From assembly GCF_009914755.1 (NCBI RefSeq), contig NC_060944.1: 64,000 bases of DNA; one strand, 5' to 3'. Position numbers and translations under genes: made by a program. The DNA comes from the human T2T-CHM13v2.0 reference genome, Homo sapiens. The notes under the pieces are model-generated. The model was not told the DNA's origin. It did not search any database and was given only the letters and a program-made list of their open reading frames with translations. Of the stretch, positions 59,944-64,000 are shown one piece after another. Positions within the stretch are counted from its first letter, which is position 1; each line of letters opens with the position of its first letter.

Positions 59944-60347
59944 GAAGGGCCCCAGTTCTTAGCCAGAACTCCTGCAGGGTACTTCCAAAGAGTAGAGGCA
60001 AACCAAAAAGAGATGGAGCCTGACCAAAACCACGCCCTTGCTGTGGTCAGCTCAGACAAGATAAATGGAATCAGCCCCCATTCTATTTGCCTAGCAAATG
60101 GTGTAAGCCATCTAGATATTAGAAAATCATCTAGGGTCGCTACAATTTTTTTATATACAATGCCCACTTTTCAATAAAAATTAACAGGCATGCCAAAAGA
60201 TAGGACAAAATGAGTGTCAAGGCCGGGTGCAGTGGCTCACGCCTGTAATCCCAACACTTTGGGAGGCCAAGCCAGGCAGATCACCTAAGGTCAGGAGTTC
60301 GAGACCAGCCTGACCAACGTGGAGAAACCCCATCTCTACTAAAATTA

Positions 60348-60533
<186 letters not shown>

Positions 60534-61039
60534 TTAATATTGGATAAGACAGAGCAAAAAAAGAGAATGATTGATCCAAAAGCTATGCCATCAGAAAACA
60601 TCTAGACTGAAAGCTGGAGGAGAAGGAAGGAGAATAGAAAAATACAGATTTGTATTGAGTGCTAGCCTGAGAAAATGTCTCAGCAAAACAGTGTTTAGGT
60701 ATCCATTGGATGATACATGCAGAAATAAACACAGATGTCACCTCTTTGACAATTATACAGGATTTATGTTACTTGATTTCCAAGTAACAAAGACAGCAAA
60801 ATAATCAGAAAAAAAATATTTAGACTCAATGAGAAAGATAAGAGAGATCCTTAACATACTGAGGATGAAGAACCTGATAATTCTTAGCTCACTCTCTTAT
60901 CAATCTCAAAGTTAAAATGATCACGGGAGTGGTGTGATTCAATGGATCCGTTTCTGCCCCGTGGGAACTACAATTTCACAGATACAAATTTGTAACATCT
61001 TTTTTGATATCTAATCACCGATGTGAAAATTTTTAACAT

Positions 61040-62147
<1,108 letters not shown>

Positions 62148-62796
62148 TTATAAAATAGTAAATGAAACCATATTCCTGAAGCTAAATTTAATACTTACAA
62201 AAAGTTGCAAAAAAGTTATATCTGTTACATCTTTAAATGCATATAAGCCATTTAAATGGTATCAATCTAACAGCTAATTTTCAATGAAATGTTTAGTCTC
62301 AAAGAAGGCATACCGATTGATATGTTCAACACAAGTATTCTTGTTTCCTAAAATTCTATTTTTATGAATTCATGGAGACACAAAATATCCTAGAGAAGAA
62401 TCCTTACCCTGAAATTGCAATTTATCTATAATTTATATTCCTTGAATACCTGGGTTTCCCTTCTGCATATAACCAAATGGAATCCTTTCTTGGCAAGAAT
62501 GGATTGCTGCCTCTACTGTGAACTGTAGTTACCTGGCTCTAACTGGCAGACAGATAATTTAACGTAAATTAGCAGATTATGCCTGTGCTCTGGTCCTAGA
62601 ATATTATTTAAGAGATAGCAGATAAGAGTGGTAAATGATCAACCGGGTGTTTGCTGAAACTTCCTGGAGGGTTAAGTAATTTATTATTAATTTTTGAGAC
62701 TAGCTATAGATGGGAAAAATGAGTCATTCTGATTAAAATGACGGTGCGGGGCAATCAGCCAGCTTTAGACACTGCTCCTATATCAAGTACATGCCA

Positions 62797-63092
62797 GGCC
62801 AGGAGCAGGGGCTCACGCCTGTAATCCCAACACTTTGGGAGGCAGAGGTGGAAGGACTGCTTGAGCCCAGGAGTTTGAGACCAGCCTGGGCAACATAGTG
62901 AGGCCCTGTCTCTACAAAAAAAATTTTAAATTAGCCAGGCGTGATGGTACTACGTAACTGTAGTCCCAGCTACTCAGGAGGTTAAGGTGGGAGGATCGCT
63001 TGATCCTGGGAGGTTCAAGGCTGCAGTGAGCCATGATTGCCACACTGCACTCCAGCCTGAGTGACAGAGTCTCACAAAACAAACAAAAAAAA
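62797..63092 (+). mobile_element. AluJ SINE
   Basis: Dimer consensus. Confidence 0.88.
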
Positions 63093-63826
63093 ACCCACAC
63101 GCCAAAACATGTTCTTCTGCAGTATATGGTAGAGTCCACATTTTCTTACAGGACTGAAAACCTGACAGTCACTTTGCCTCTAGACTACAGTTTTAACATT
63201 TTTAGTTAGTATATAAATCTGTACATATAATGTAAGCTCAATTACGTTTTTGAAAAATTACACATACTCCCCTAAAAAAAGATCCAGAAGAAAAAGCACC
63301 AAAATGTTAACAGTGTGTTATCTTTGGGTTATGAGGTTTTAGATTGTCTTTATTTTCCTTATGCTTCGCTGTATTTCCCAAATTTTATACACTGAATGTA
63401 TTATTTTTAAAATCCAAAATAAAGATACCGGGGAAAAAACAAAACCCTAGGCAGTGACTGACCTGTAATGATCACCAAATGACTGATTTTATCACACTGT
63501 GATTATGAAGCTACAATGAATGAATGCCCTTTGTCCTGATTTATCCTTGCTGCCACCCAAAGGTACATATAACCTGATTCTCCTGGCAACAACACACCTT
63601 GGCATCCCACTTACCCCATGTCTGTAAAGAGGCCTCAGACAGTAATTCAACCATTTAAAAACTATGTCCCCTACAATTATGCTTTCTCACTATCTTCAGA
63701 GTATTCTCACCTACTGTTTTTTTTTTAGTGTATTCACTGTAGTGTGCCTTATAAAAACAATAGGTATGTTGAGTGTGCTGTTTCTATTTATACATAAGCC
63801 TTTCACTCCCATCCAAAAGAAAACAT

Positions 63827-64000
63827 CCCAGCCTGGGCAACAAAGTGAGAGCCTGTCTCTACAAAAGAAAAAAAAAAAAAGTAGCCAGGCATGGTGGCGC
63901 GTGCCTGTAGTCCCAACTACTCAGGAGGCTGAGGCAGGAGGATCACCTGAGCCCAGGAAGTCAAGGCTGCAGTGAGCTATGATCGCATCACTGCATTCCA
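63827..64000 (+). mobile_element. Partial AluJ running off the window
   Basis: ccagcctgggcaac...cactgcattcca. Confidence 0.85.

Overview
This is primate (very probably human) genomic DNA carrying most of B4GALT5 (beta-1,4-galactosyltransferase 5 / lactosylceramide synthase, GT7 family) on the minus strand. Eight coding exons (2-9) are recovered with canonical GT-AG junctions and consistent phases, followed by a ~3.4-kb 3' UTR ending near 4500. Exon 1 and the promoter lie beyond the right edge, so 28269-64000 is all intron 1. The rest is interspersed repeat: roughly 45 Alu/FLAM copies, old L1 and L2 remnants, MIR, Tigger3, Tigger4, MER5/MER20/MER58 and an MST solo LTR. Almost all other six-frame ORFs are Alu, L2 or low-complexity artefacts. 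I see no evidence for a new protein-coding system. The most unusual signal is a cluster of locally templated insertion scars at ~41.6-48.1 kb: a 23-bp hairpin made by an inverted copy, a ~92-bp patch copied from 5 kb away onto an Alu tail, and a ~100-bp inverted local copy inside a FLAM. A tailless U2 5' fragment and a short ERV-LTR 3' piece lie in the same interval, with a second, polyadenylated LTR piece at 52.4 kb. Also notable are a candidate Alu-derived 3'-UTR intron, three miR-148/152 seed sites and an AP-1/C/EBP/RUNX motif cluster. Repeat boundaries and subfamilies were judged by eye and are approximate.
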